Of a stretch of DNA of 64,000 nt, positions 34,948 to 44,546 are shown piece by piece (position 1 is the first letter of the stretch; every line of letters begins with the position of its first letter). The DNA comes from an uncultured Planctomycetales bacterium. GTDB taxonomy: Bacteria > Omnitrophota > Gorgyraeia > Gygaellales > Profunditerraquicolaceae. The stretch covers positions 570,862-634,861 of the forward strand of contig CAZIUK010000001.1 of NCBI GenBank assembly GCA_964542785.1, in the 5' to 3' direction. Below the pieces are notes generated by a model. It saw only the letters and a list, made by a program, of their open reading frames with translations. It searched no databases and was not told where the DNA came from. The position numbers were made by a program, and so were the translations under genes.

Positions 34948-34970
34948 CTCTTTTTGTTACTCTTAATCTA

Positions 34971-35041
34971 CAGGAGCGGCAGGACTTGAACCTGCAGTCA
35001 CGGTTTTGGAGACCGTTGGTTTGCCATTAACCGACGCCCCT
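34971..35041 (-). tRNA. trnW: tRNA-Trp (anticodon CCA).
   Basis: A cloverleaf was folded by hand. The acceptor is AGGGGCG/CGCTCCT, the anticodon loop CTCCAAA and the T-arm GCAGG-TTCAAGT-CCTGC. It occupies the conserved position upstream of secE. Confidence 0.85.
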
Positions 35042-35116
35042 ATTTGTTAGCTTGCCTGTTTATCAATTAGCCTGTTTACCTGTTAAAGAAAAATAGGTAA
35101 ACATCCAGTCGGCTCA

Positions 35117-35266
35117 CTATTTAATTTCTTTATGCGGGGTATGCTTATGGCAGGACCTGCAATATTTACTTAACTCAAGCCTATCCTGCTGCAACTTTTT
35201 ATTTTTTGTCGTCGTGTAATTCCTGTTTTTGCAAACCGTACACTCTAAAGTAATTATCTCTCGCAT
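35117..35266 (-). CDS. rpmG: Ribosomal protein L33 (Cys4 zinc-ribbon C+ form). It is missing from the ORF track.
   Basis: Hand translation gives [49 protein letters not shown], 49 aa. This is an L33 family match, located between tRNA-Thr and tRNA-Trp. Confidence 0.85.
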   Translation of the reverse strand: MREIITLECTVCKNRNYTTTKNKKLQQDRLELSKYCRSCHKHTPHKEIK

Positions 35267-35280
35267 TTATCTTTTAAAAA

Positions 35281-35353
35281 AGCTGGAGACGAGAATTGAA
35301 CTCGTGACCCCGTCCTTACCAAGGACGTGCTCTGCCAACTGAGCTACTCCAGC
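35281..35353 (-). tRNA. trnT: tRNA-Thr (anticodon GGU).
   Basis: The reverse-strand sequence is GCTGGAGTAGCTCAGTTGGCAGAGCACGTCCTTGGTAAGGACGGGGTCACGAGTTCAATTCTCGTCTCCAGCT. It folds into a full cloverleaf with a TTGGTAA anticodon loop. Confidence 0.88.
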
Positions 35354-35489
35354 AGACCTGCTAAAAGCGCCTTAGTCGGCAAATATTATAAAAAAATCCC
35401 CATTTAAGAATTCTTTTAAAAAAGGATTCTTAACTCTTACCTTCTTACGATTAAAGTATTGTAACTACGGAAATTTACGTAAGTAATAA

Positions 35490-35518
35490 AATATATACTA
35501 ATCTGGTAGGATTGTCAA
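35490..35518 (-). promoter_or_regulatory. Candidate sigma70-type promoter for the tRNA-Thr/rpmG/secE unit (-35 TTGACA, 17-nt spacer, -10 TATATT).
   Basis: The reverse strand reads TTGACA-ATCCTACCAGATTAGTA-TATATT. It overlaps the stop codon of the epimerase gene and lies about 130 nt upstream of tRNA-Thr. Confidence 0.3.
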
Positions 35519-36471
35519 GTCTTTTTTAATCTTTTTTTATTCTGATCCTTCCAATAATCAATAGTGATAGTCAGACCTTTAATAAAATCAAACTCTGCCT
35601 TATACCCTAATAATCTTTTTGCTTGCGATATGTCAGCTAGAGTCTTAAATACATCGCCGGCTCTTTTATTTAAGAATACGGGTTTAACATTTTTATCTAA
35701 AATACGACTAAGTATTTTTACAAGCTCTAATATGCTGTAATCCCTACCTGAGGCAATATTAAATACCCCAGACCTCAAGGCAGGCGTCTTTATAGACATA
35801 AGATTCGCCTCTACTACATTCTTAACATAAGTAAAATCTCGCGATTGTCTACCTGTACCGTAAATAGGAGGAGACTTCCCTTCAAGAAAAGAATTAATAA
35901 ACTTAGGGATAACTACCGAATATTCATCATCCAATGACTGCCTAGGCCCAAATACATTAAAATAACGCAAGACAACTGTTTTTAGTTTATGGTAGTTGCT
36001 GAATATCTTACAATAGTATTCTCCTGCAAGCTTTGTCAAAGCATAAGGAGATATCGGGTTAAGGGGGAAAGTCTCTTTTTCAGGGAAACTTTTTACTTCT
36101 CCATATACTGAACTTGAAGAAGCAAAAACAAAACATTTTACCCTATTCTCTAAAGCTGCCTGCAACATATTAAGGGTCCCGGATATATTAACGTCGTTGT
36201 AATCAGACGGTCTCTCCATAGATTTCGGGACACTCCTTAAAGCCGCCTGATGCAAAACAAAATCAACCCCCCTACAAGCCTTAAAACACGTCTCTTTCGA
36301 ACGTATATCGCCCTTAATTAGCTCAATTTTGTTAATAAAATCCTTGAGGTTCTTTTTTTTACCGCTTGAAAAATTATCTAAGACACAAACCCTCTCTCTT
36401 CTCTTTACTAATTCTTCGGTGATATGCGAACCAATAAATCCTGCTCCACCGGTAATAAGAAATTTACTCAT
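35515..36471 (-). CDS. NAD-dependent epimerase/dehydratase (extended SDR; UDP-sugar 4-epimerase-like).
   Basis: The product starts ITGGAGFIGSH (Rossmann fold) and has a YALTK catalytic motif. It is 318 aa. Confidence 0.8.
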   Translation of the reverse strand: MSKFLITGGAGFIGSHITEELVKRRERVCVLDNFSSGKKKNLKDFINKIELIKGDIRSKETCFKACRGVDFVLHQAALRSVPKSMERPSDYNDVNISGTLNMLQAALENRVKCFVFASSSSVYGEVKSFPEKETFPLNPISPYALTKLAGEYYCKIFSNYHKLKTVVLRYFNVFGPRQSLDDEYSVVIPKFINSFLEGKSPPIYGTGRQSRDFTYVKNVVEANLMSIKTPALRSGVFNIASGRDYSILELVKILSRILDKNVKPVFLNKRAGDVFKTLADISQAKRLLGYKAEFDFIKGLTITIDYWKDQNKKRLKKT

Positions 36472-37781
36472 AGCTTTATAACCTTATCATTCTTCTTACC
36501 TATATATATATTGCGCGCATCAAATATCAACCTGGATTTCTTTAAAATTAATTGGTAATCTACCTTAGAGTGATCAGTAATTACTGCCACACAATCAAAA
36601 AAAGATAGATCCGCTTTTTTAATATCTATTGACTTAAGATTAAACCTAAGAAATTTTAAATAAGGAATAAAAGGGTCATAGTAATAAACTTTAGCTTTTT
36701 CTTTTTTTAAAAGGTTTATAATATCTAAAGCAGGTGATTTTCTTAAATCTCTGACATCCTTCTTATAGGTAACGCCTAAGATAAGAATTTTTGCTTGTTC
36801 AATCTTAATACCCTTCAGCTTGAGAAGAAATTTAATTCTTTTAACTATATACTCCGGCATAAAATTAATCAATTTCGAAGCAAGCTTAATAAACTTTGAA
36901 TTAAACCCAAATTTTTTTGCTTTCCAATAAAGATACAAGGGATCCTTAGGAATACAATGTCCACCAACTCCCGGGCCGGGATAAAATGGCATAAAACCAA
37001 ATGGTTTAGTAGAGGCAGCTGCAATAGCCTCCCAGATATCTATTCCCATCTTATGCGCCATCATTGCTAATTCATCTACTAAGCCTATATTTACAATGCG
37101 AAAGGTATTCTCTAATAATTTAGTTATCTCCGCTACGCGCGTAGATGAGACCACCACTACTTTATTTATTATGGCCTCGTAAAGAACCTTTCCTAGCAAG
37201 GTCGCTTGGTTATCTATGCCTCCGACAACCTTAGGTATCCTAGATAGGGTATATCTAGAATTACCCGGGTCTATCCTCTCCGGAGAAAAACAGAGATAAA
37301 AATCCTCTCCATGTCGCAATCCGTTCTTTTCTAACAAAGGCAGGATCACCTCTTCCGTAGTTCCCGGATAAGTTGTACTCTCAAGGATAACTAAACTTCC
37401 TCTTTTTAAATTTTTAGCAACAGAAATTACTGCTCTCTTGATAAAGGATATATTCGGTTGGTCTCTTTTCTTTAAAGGAGTAGGCACGCAAATAATAACA
37501 ACATCAACATCTTTTAGGGCTTTAAAATCTCCATAGGGAATTAACCTACCTGAGTCTAAAGCCTTTTTTAATTCTTCGGAGGAGACATCAGTTATATACG
37601 CTTCTTTATTTTTAAGATTAATCAATCTATCCTTATCAATCTCTACTCCAAAAACAGTAAATCCTTTTTTAGCAAAAGCCAAGGCGATAGGTAATCCTAC
37701 ATACCCTAACCCAACAACCGATATTTTTATTTTTTTTTGTTGTATCTTTTTCTTAAAATTATTTACTGAATATCTAACCAT
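36468..37781 (-). CDS. Nucleotide-sugar dehydrogenase (UDP-glucose/GDP-mannose dehydrogenase family; WbpA/WecC-like).
   Basis: The product has N-terminal VVGLGYVGLPIALAFA and the catalytic GGHCIPKDP motif. It is 437 aa. Confidence 0.8.
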   Translation of the reverse strand: MVRYSVNNFKKKIQQKKIKISVVGLGYVGLPIALAFAKKGFTVFGVEIDKDRLINLKNKEAYITDVSSEELKKALDSGRLIPYGDFKALKDVDVVIICVPTPLKKRDQPNISFIKRAVISVAKNLKRGSLVILESTTYPGTTEEVILPLLEKNGLRHGEDFYLCFSPERIDPGNSRYTLSRIPKVVGGIDNQATLLGKVLYEAIINKVVVVSSTRVAEITKLLENTFRIVNIGLVDELAMMAHKMGIDIWEAIAAASTKPFGFMPFYPGPGVGGHCIPKDPLYLYWKAKKFGFNSKFIKLASKLINFMPEYIVKRIKFLLKLKGIKIEQAKILILGVTYKKDVRDLRKSPALDIINLLKKEKAKVYYYDPFIPYLKFLRFNLKSIDIKKADLSFFDCVAVITDHSKVDYQLILKKSRLIFDARNIYIGKKNDKVIKL

Positions 37782-37847
37782 ACTCTTCTTTTACCTACCT
37801 TTTTTTGTATGCTGATCTAACTTTTTATTATATGGGCATTAAAACTG

Positions 37848-40139
37848 CTACTGCGCTCCTGATTTAGGTTTATTGTAACTCTGGTCAAAACCGAACTCTG
37901 CCTCCGGGAAAGCCTTTAATCTAAAGACCACATATATACCGGAACCGTGGTTTTTCTTATGATTTAAAGTAAGATCAACCTCCCAGCAATGTAAATCACG
38001 CGATACGGTAAACTCTTGCTCTAATGTCCCCTTCTGAATAAAGGCATCACTGGCATCTGTATAAGATTTGAGGTTATACCTTTGATAAACAAAAAATCTC
38101 CATTTAGGATTAAACCTCCAGTTAAAGTTTGCTGTAACCTGATTCCCTCCTTTTCTCTCATAACGCTGGCCTATTCCTAAAGAACGCTCTTTAGCAAAAT
38201 CAAAATTTATATCATAATTGACTTGGGTAAAACGATTGTAACTTTCAAAATCAGGGTCACCCTCTATGCCTGAATGCTTATAGGTAGCATCCCCCTCTAT
38301 ACGTAACCAAGAATAAGGGAGTATCTTATATTTTATAAAAATATCAGAAAAGGAAGCCCCTGCCTTTTTAGTTTCATCGGGATTAATCATTAGCGTACGC
38401 GTCCCGTTTTGTTCTTTATAATAATATTTCCCATAAACAAGCTTAGGAGCTAGGGAATAACTAGTACTTATCTTAATATCAAGGAAATCTACGGTCTTTT
38501 CTGTACCATCGGAACCCTTCCTTTTTGTTTGTAGCTTGTTAGACAAACCTAAAGTTAAAACATTATTAGAAGTAAATAAATCCACCTCATCAATATACTT
38601 TAATTTTGATGCACTGATTGTAGGAGAATGGTTATACGAATAACCTATAGTTGGGGTAATTATATGCCTTAATCCATTAAAATGAAGTCCTAAATAATCT
38701 GCCTTTAGATCATAAATGCGGTAGAACTTTGTGCTTAAATCTGCCCCGACATAAAAAATAGTATTAACCGGCAGGCTCTTGCCAAAAGCCCCCTTGTCAT
38801 AAACAACCTGTCTATCCTTTAAAAACGGCGTAAAATCCAAAAAAGCTACTTTCACCGGCATTGAAACTTTATTCACAATATCCAACCTGCTCATTTTTAA
38901 CTCTTCGGCTGTCTTAGGATACATAGGGCCCTTTTTATTAAAATTGGCAAATACAGAACTGTTCTCAAAATACAAAGGAGTATCCCAAAGCTTTATATTA
39001 GGCAAAGTATAAGTTATCTGAGGAAGTTTGTCTAATTGATCAAACCAACGGTTGACCCTTTTTTGTGCCAGTATATTTATACTAGAATATTCAAAGTTAT
39101 GATGTAACAAAGCATAGGAGAGCGGTTGAGAATCTTTCTCATACTCTCTAAAGAAATAATCCTTTAATATATTCTGATTTATATCGTTATATTTTCTCCG
39201 GTCATCACCTATCTTATAAAACTCTGCAACGAAATTAGTATGCTCGGATATATCCCATTTATGGCGCAAACGAACTAAATATCTTTGAAACTCTGACTTC
39301 TCTGCATTAGAAGAAAGAGAACTACGCTTAGGTTTCTCATGCGAATAATAAAACTTAAAATCTCCTTTACCTAAATGAGGTATATGATAATTTGAGCCAA
39401 AACCCTCGGCAACGCCTAACTTACTACGGTAATCTAGATACACCCTACCGCTTATATAATCAGTAAGGTTATACTTCCATCCTGACAATACATAAGGGCC
39501 CCAGTCTTTGCTCTTCCCCGGCATAACCCTAACATGCATCAAAGGGTCCCCAAATAGATGAGTAAGTTTAGGCAAATACAAAAACGGAACACCCCCTAAA
39601 TACGAAATATTCTCCCTTGTTAAAACCTTATCCCCGGGAAGAATGTTCATCTCTTTAGATAAAAGGTAATAGTGCGGGAGGTCAAAACTACAGGTTGTAA
39701 TACGTCCATACCTAGCAACAAATTCCTCTTCACTTAAACGATCTATATTCCTTGCACTACCAAAATATGGATTTGCCCTAAAATTAGCATTTAATATTAT
39801 TCCGGATTTATTCTGAAAATCATACGTTACCCGCTCTCCCTCAACTACCCCCTTCTCATCTTCAAGGCGTACATTACCTTCGGCTACCCCCTGCTTAGTC
39901 TCTGTATTTACTGTTAACTTCCTACAAGTTAACTTAGTCCCCTCATAGATTATCTCAACATTACCTTCAGCTACTACTTCCTGTCTTTCAGTAAAATATT
40001 CAACATTATCGCCATTTACAACTATGGATTGAGGGATACGCCCCTTAGTGTCTGTCTCTTTAGCTATCCCCAAAGGTAAATATAAAAATAACTGCAGGAA
40101 TAAGATTACTATGAAATTGAGGCTAAAACTTTTAAACAT
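37848..40139 (-). CDS. lptD: LPS-assembly outer-membrane protein LptD (OstA family).
   Basis: The 763-aa product has a signal peptide and an N-terminal OstA domain (VVAEGNVEI...VAEGNVRL repeats). The C-terminus is an aromatic-rich beta-barrel. Confidence 0.75.
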   Translation of the reverse strand: MFKSFSLNFIVILFLQLFLYLPLGIAKETDTKGRIPQSIVVNGDNVEYFTERQEVVAEGNVEIIYEGTKLTCRKLTVNTETKQGVAEGNVRLEDEKGVVEGERVTYDFQNKSGIILNANFRANPYFGSARNIDRLSEEEFVARYGRITTCSFDLPHYYLLSKEMNILPGDKVLTRENISYLGGVPFLYLPKLTHLFGDPLMHVRVMPGKSKDWGPYVLSGWKYNLTDYISGRVYLDYRSKLGVAEGFGSNYHIPHLGKGDFKFYYSHEKPKRSSLSSNAEKSEFQRYLVRLRHKWDISEHTNFVAEFYKIGDDRRKYNDINQNILKDYFFREYEKDSQPLSYALLHHNFEYSSINILAQKRVNRWFDQLDKLPQITYTLPNIKLWDTPLYFENSSVFANFNKKGPMYPKTAEELKMSRLDIVNKVSMPVKVAFLDFTPFLKDRQVVYDKGAFGKSLPVNTIFYVGADLSTKFYRIYDLKADYLGLHFNGLRHIITPTIGYSYNHSPTISASKLKYIDEVDLFTSNNVLTLGLSNKLQTKRKGSDGTEKTVDFLDIKISTSYSLAPKLVYGKYYYKEQNGTRTLMINPDETKKAGASFSDIFIKYKILPYSWLRIEGDATYKHSGIEGDPDFESYNRFTQVNYDINFDFAKERSLGIGQRYERKGGNQVTANFNWRFNPKWRFFVYQRYNLKSYTDASDAFIQKGTLEQEFTVSRDLHCWEVDLTLNHKKNHGSGIYVVFRLKAFPEAEFGFDQSYNKPKSGAQ

Positions 40140-41068
40140 TACTTAAGAATTACCCCTTCCCTCGCCATAATCGCCGCGCCGATTAACCCCGCATTACTGC
40201 CAAGCTTCGCTTTCATTATCTTTACGCGCCTACCTTGAACGCTCATCGCCTGCTCCTTTAAGGTATCTTTTGTGCTATCAAATAAAACTTTTCCCGCATT
40301 AGCTACGCCTCCGCCTATTACTACAGCGTCTAAATTTAAAATATTTACTACGCCCGCAAGCCCAAAGCCTAAATGCTTGCCTACGCTTCTCCAAATCTTT
40401 ATTGCCTGCCTATTCCCCTTGTCAGATAAAAAACTTAACTCTTCAAGCGAGATATTGCGCTTAAACTCTCTACGCGCAAGCTTAATAATCCTACTATTTC
40501 CTATATAAGCCTCCAAACACCCTAAACTCCCACAGTTGCAAGGTAGACCTCTTTCATTAATTGGCAAATGCCCAACTTCTCCTGCAGCATTATCACTCCC
40601 GCGGTAAAGCTTACCGGAAATTATAATCCCACCGCCTATCCCAGTCCCTAAAGTCATACATAAAACATTATTAAAACCTTTGGCGGCTCCGAGTCGATGT
40701 TCTGCTAAAGCCATAACCTTAGCGTCATTATCAATAAAAATCTTTAATCCTGTGCGCTTTTTAAGGATATCTCTTAACCTTACCTCTCTCCAGCCAGGAA
40801 TATTAGGTAAAAAATGCACCAGTCCATTTTTAGCATCTACCGGCCCAGGCATGCCTAAACCTACGCCTAAAATATCTGTCTTATCAAGGGCGTTATATTT
40901 TATAATTCTATTTATTGAATAAATAATTCCTGAAATAAGCTCTTCTTTTTCAAAAAAGCTTCTAGTGCCTAATATCTCCCTATCTTTAATCTTATACTTT
41001 AAGTCAAGGAGAGCCACCTTAAGGTTAGTCCCGCCTAAATCTATGCCGATAATATATCTTTTGCCCAT
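40139..41068 (-). CDS. ROK-family sugar kinase (glucokinase/N-acetylglucosamine kinase-like).
   Basis: The product has IGIDLGGTNLKVAL and the ROK zinc motif CNCGSLGCLEAY. It is 309 aa. Confidence 0.8.
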   Translation of the reverse strand: MGKRYIIGIDLGGTNLKVALLDLKYKIKDREILGTRSFFEKEELISGIIYSINRIIKYNALDKTDILGVGLGMPGPVDAKNGLVHFLPNIPGWREVRLRDILKKRTGLKIFIDNDAKVMALAEHRLGAAKGFNNVLCMTLGTGIGGGIIISGKLYRGSDNAAGEVGHLPINERGLPCNCGSLGCLEAYIGNSRIIKLARREFKRNISLEELSFLSDKGNRQAIKIWRSVGKHLGFGLAGVVNILNLDAVVIGGGVANAGKVLFDSTKDTLKEQAMSVQGRRVKIMKAKLGSNAGLIGAAIMAREGVILK

Positions 41069-41142
41069 TTTTCAAACTGTAAATTAAAAAGATTCTAAAC
41101 AGATTACCATAAAAAAAGACAAGAGACAAGAGGGAATCTTTA

Positions 41143-42147
41143 TTAAGATAACCCTTCTTGTAGATAAAGAGAAGTTCTATTTCTGCCGAATTTTTTAGCC
41201 GAATAAAGAGCAAGGTCAGCTTTTTCAATTAAAGAACCTGCGCTCTTAGAATCATCCGGGAAAGAGGCTATACCTATGCTCACAGTTACCCTAACCTCTT
41301 CATCATAAGCTCGTATCTTTTTTGTCTCCACTGACTCTCTTATACGCTCTGCAATAAAATAAGCCTGCTCTTTGTCCGTCTCCGGTAAAACTAAAGATAA
41401 TTCTTCCCCCCCGTATCTACCGACAAAGTCTATCTGCCTTACAGAATCTTTTATTACTGTTGATACCTCTCTTAAAATAACATCTCCTACCAAATGCCCG
41501 TATTTATCATTAAAACTCTTAAATCTATCAATATCTATCATAAGAAAAGAAAACTTATATTTAAACTTATTGGAACGCTTAATCTCTTCTTCTAACCTAT
41601 CTAAAAAGTGCCTACGGCAAAATAACTTGGTTAATCCATCTATAATAGCCATCTCCTGCACCATTTTAAAAAGCATAGACCTTTTAAGCATAATCATTAA
41701 CTGTTGGGCAAGGATATAAAAACGCTCTTCCTCTTTTTTAAGGAGTCCCCCGACAACAATATACCCCTCTACCTGTTTATTTATATCTAATGGTAAAATC
41801 ACCGAATCCTTATATTCTTTAGGAAGGTCTTTGCCTTTAAGATATACACACTCGTCTAACTTTATATAATTGCCTACCCTCTCCTTAAAGATTGAGAAAA
41901 TTCGGTTATCATCAAGTTCTCTTGACATATCCTTACTAATTTCGTATAAAGAAATAACATCTTCTAAATTACCCTCTAAAACTATCTTCTTCTTGTTAAG
42001 CTCTTGGAGTTTATCTACGAGTAGTCTGTATTCAGAGCGCAAACTTGTAACGTAAACCTCCCAAGAAAGCTCCCTCATCCTCAAAACAAATCTAACAAAA
42101 AATAGCCAAAAACAAAAAGATAGAATAAGGAAAATTAAATACAGCAT
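41143..42147 (-). CDS. Membrane-anchored diguanylate cyclase (GGDEF domain; GGEEL active site with an RxxD I-site).
   Basis: The product has an N-terminal TM helix and a C-terminal GGDEF domain with RQIDFVGRYGGEEL. Confidence 0.8.
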   Translation of the reverse strand: MLYLIFLILSFCFWLFFVRFVLRMRELSWEVYVTSLRSEYRLLVDKLQELNKKKIVLEGNLEDVISLYEISKDMSRELDDNRIFSIFKERVGNYIKLDECVYLKGKDLPKEYKDSVILPLDINKQVEGYIVVGGLLKKEEERFYILAQQLMIMLKRSMLFKMVQEMAIIDGLTKLFCRRHFLDRLEEEIKRSNKFKYKFSFLMIDIDRFKSFNDKYGHLVGDVILREVSTVIKDSVRQIDFVGRYGGEELSLVLPETDKEQAYFIAERIRESVETKKIRAYDEEVRVTVSIGIASFPDDSKSAGSLIEKADLALYSAKKFGRNRTSLYLQEGLS

Positions 42148-43421
42148 ACCTTGTTTCTGCCTTTCTCTTTAGCAAGATACATTACTCTATCGGCCTTACG
42201 TATCAACTCTTCATCATCTAACGTATCCTCCGGAATATTAGCTAAGCCTATTGAAACAGTAACTCTTGTCTTATTACGCCGTAAGATAAAAGTCTTCTTT
42301 TCCAATTCTTTTCTAAAGCTCTCTGCGACATCAAAGGAAAAACCTTTTTCTAATCCCGGCATAACTACACAAAACTCTTCTCCGCCAAAGCGGCTTATTA
42401 AAGGATTAAATTTCTTAAAAGAGGCAGCTATCATCTTGCTAATCTTAACCAATACTATATCTCCTGCTGCATGACCAAAACGGTCATTGTATTGTTTAAA
42501 GAAATCTATATCTATCATAATTAAAGAGAGGGGCAAGTTTTGACGCAGGCTTCTTTTATGTTCTTCCTTAAAACGGCTCAGAAAAAAACTCTTTGTATAA
42601 AGTCCTGTTAAAGAATCATGAATAGCTAAATCTTGAACCCTTTGAAAAAGCTGACTATTCTCTATCCCTATAGCGCCAATATCGGATATCGCCGATAAAA
42701 ACCTTAAATCATCCTGAGTATAAAAATATATTTTGCTATGGTCAAGCCTCAAGAGCCCCAACTGCCTGTTTTCAGCCGTAAGAGGAGAGCTGATTAAAGA
42801 AGATACCAGCCTAGGATAAAGCGGAATTATTTTTTCTTGGTCAAAGCGAAAATCATTTTTAGTATCTTCAATTAAAAGCGCTCTAGCCTGTCTTAAAACC
42901 CAAGCATCGAAGATATCCCCTTCTTTGGCTTTTACAACCATCTCCCTCCCCTCAACCTTACTCTTAAAAAGCATCGGCTTCTGAGTATCGCGGTTAATAA
43001 GATAAAGCAAGGAGGCACCTTCTTTTTGATTTATAAGACTAAAGGTCTCATTAGTTAAAATCTCTGATATCTCTTCTAATATTAAGGTAGAGTTAATCCC
43101 CTCTAATATCTTAGCAAGGCTATTATACCTAAGATTTTTATCCTGAAGCGTAAGGTCATTCTTTAGAGCCTTAGAGTATTCTTCGGTTGCAAGGTTAATT
43201 TTTTCTTTCAATCCTTCAATCAGTAATTTTATTTTTATAGATTTTAATCCTACTCTTTTAAAAAGAAATAGAAATAAGGCTCCATTAAAAAGGTAAAAGA
43301 TGGTAAGGGGTTTAATGGGGTTTAAAAAGAACTTAAATATACATAAAGGGAACAAGAGATAAATTATAAGGGGGGCAAGAAAAAAAGTAGTGGCTTTTAA
43401 GAGAAATGTTTTTAACCTCAC
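42135..43421 (-). CDS. Membrane-anchored GAF-like sensor plus GGDEF diguanylate cyclase (GGEEF; no RxxD I-site).
   Basis: The product has two N-terminal TM helices and [11 protein letters not shown] in its C-terminal GGDEF domain. It overlaps the downstream GGDEF gene by 13 nt. Confidence 0.8.
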   Translation of the reverse strand: MRLKTFLLKATTFFLAPLIIYLLFPLCIFKFFLNPIKPLTIFYLFNGALFLFLFKRVGLKSIKIKLLIEGLKEKINLATEEYSKALKNDLTLQDKNLRYNSLAKILEGINSTLILEEISEILTNETFSLINQKEGASLLYLINRDTQKPMLFKSKVEGREMVVKAKEGDIFDAWVLRQARALLIEDTKNDFRFDQEKIIPLYPRLVSSLISSPLTAENRQLGLLRLDHSKIYFYTQDDLRFLSAISDIGAIGIENSQLFQRVQDLAIHDSLTGLYTKSFFLSRFKEEHKRSLRQNLPLSLIMIDIDFFKQYNDRFGHAAGDIVLVKISKMIAASFKKFNPLISRFGGEEFCVVMPGLEKGFSFDVAESFRKELEKKTFILRRNKTRVTVSIGLANIPEDTLDDEELIRKADRVMYLAKEKGRNKVCCI

Positions 43422-44521
43422 ACTATAGCCTCTTGGCTCTTATAGTCAAAAAAATGGGCTTTGCTCATATCAAAGATAAGCTCCATATCCTGATTGACTT
43501 TAGGCCGATTATGCGCGCCTACCCGCGCAACAAAGAGATGTTTACCGGTATTTAAATAAAGGTAGACCTCTGAACCCATAGGCTCAAAAACTTCGCAGTT
43601 TGCTTTTACAATATTTTCAGGCGGCGCCTCAGAAACAAAAAGCCTATCGTGGATATCCTCAGAGCGTATGCCTAAAATTACCTCCTTATCAATATATTCA
43701 GATAACGCCGGGCGCATCCCCTCTGCCACCTTGATCATAATCTTTTCCTCATAAAAATACACCCTTCCCTCTTTTTTTATAATCTTACCTTGAATAAAAT
43801 TCATAGGAGGAAGCCCTAGAAACCCTGCAACAAACTTATTCTTGGGACGTTGATATATAGTTAAAGGATCGGCTACCTGCTGGATTACCCCATCCCTCAT
43901 AACCGCTATCCTATCCCCCATAGTCATCGCCTCAGTCTGGTCATGGGTAACATAAATTATAGTTGTTTTAAGCCTTAGATGTAGTTTATGTATCTCTGTG
44001 CGCATCTGCACCCGCATCTTAGCATCTAGGTTACTTAGCGGCTCATCAAAAAGAAAAACACAAGGTTTTCTTACTATAGCCCTACCCACTGCAACGCGCT
44101 GCCTCTCTCCTCCAGATAACTGACCCGGCTTACGACGTAAGATGTTTTTTATCCCTAAAATATCTGCGGCTTCATTAACTCGCCGCTCTAATTCTAACTT
44201 AGGTATCTGTCTTAACCTCAAACCAAAAGCCATATTTTCAAAGACCGTCATATGCGGATAAAGGGCATAATGCTGAAAGACCATTGCAATATCCCTATCT
44301 TTTGCCGGGATATCATTAACCCTTTTATCATTAATATATATATCCCCGCAGGTTACATCTTCTAATCCTGCAATCATCCTTAAGGTAGTTGATTTGCCGC
44401 AACCAGAAGGCCCTACCAAAACCATAAACTCTTTATCTTTAACTTCTAAGCTTATATCCTCAACAGCCTTAATCTGCTTTGAATAGGTCTTAGATACATT
44501 CCTTAAGATTACTTGCGCCAT
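43418..44521 (-). CDS. ABC transporter ATP-binding protein, MalK/UgpC/MsmK-type with a C-terminal TOBE-like domain.
   Basis: The product has Walker [10 protein letters not shown], the [14 protein letters not shown] signature and Walker [11 protein letters not shown]. It is 367 aa. No permease or binding-protein gene lies nearby. Confidence 0.85.
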   Translation of the reverse strand: MAQVILRNVSKTYSKQIKAVEDISLEVKDKEFMVLVGPSGCGKSTTLRMIAGLEDVTCGDIYINDKRVNDIPAKDRDIAMVFQHYALYPHMTVFENMAFGLRLRQIPKLELERRVNEAADILGIKNILRRKPGQLSGGERQRVAVGRAIVRKPCVFLFDEPLSNLDAKMRVQMRTEIHKLHLRLKTTIIYVTHDQTEAMTMGDRIAVMRDGVIQQVADPLTIYQRPKNKFVAGFLGLPPMNFIQGKIIKKEGRVYFYEEKIMIKVAEGMRPALSEYIDKEVILGIRSEDIHDRLFVSEAPPENIVKANCEVFEPMGSEVYLYLNTGKHLFVARVGAHNRPKVNQDMELIFDMSKAHFFDYKSQEAIV

Positions 44522-44546
44522 ATTTCTTAGGCTAAGAAAACACTTG

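Noticed and set aside
35404-35433. An AT-rich palindrome TTAAGAATTC-ttttaaaaaa-GGATTCTTAA downstream of the epimerase gene.
   Set aside because: The stem is almost all A/T (2 GC pairs) and is separated from the T-run by 7 nt. It is too weak to call a terminator.
44525-44541. A short palindrome TTTCTTAG-gc-CTAAGAAA between accD and the ABC ATPase gene.
   Set aside because: The loop is too tight and no U-tract follows. It is probably coincidental in AT-rich sequence.
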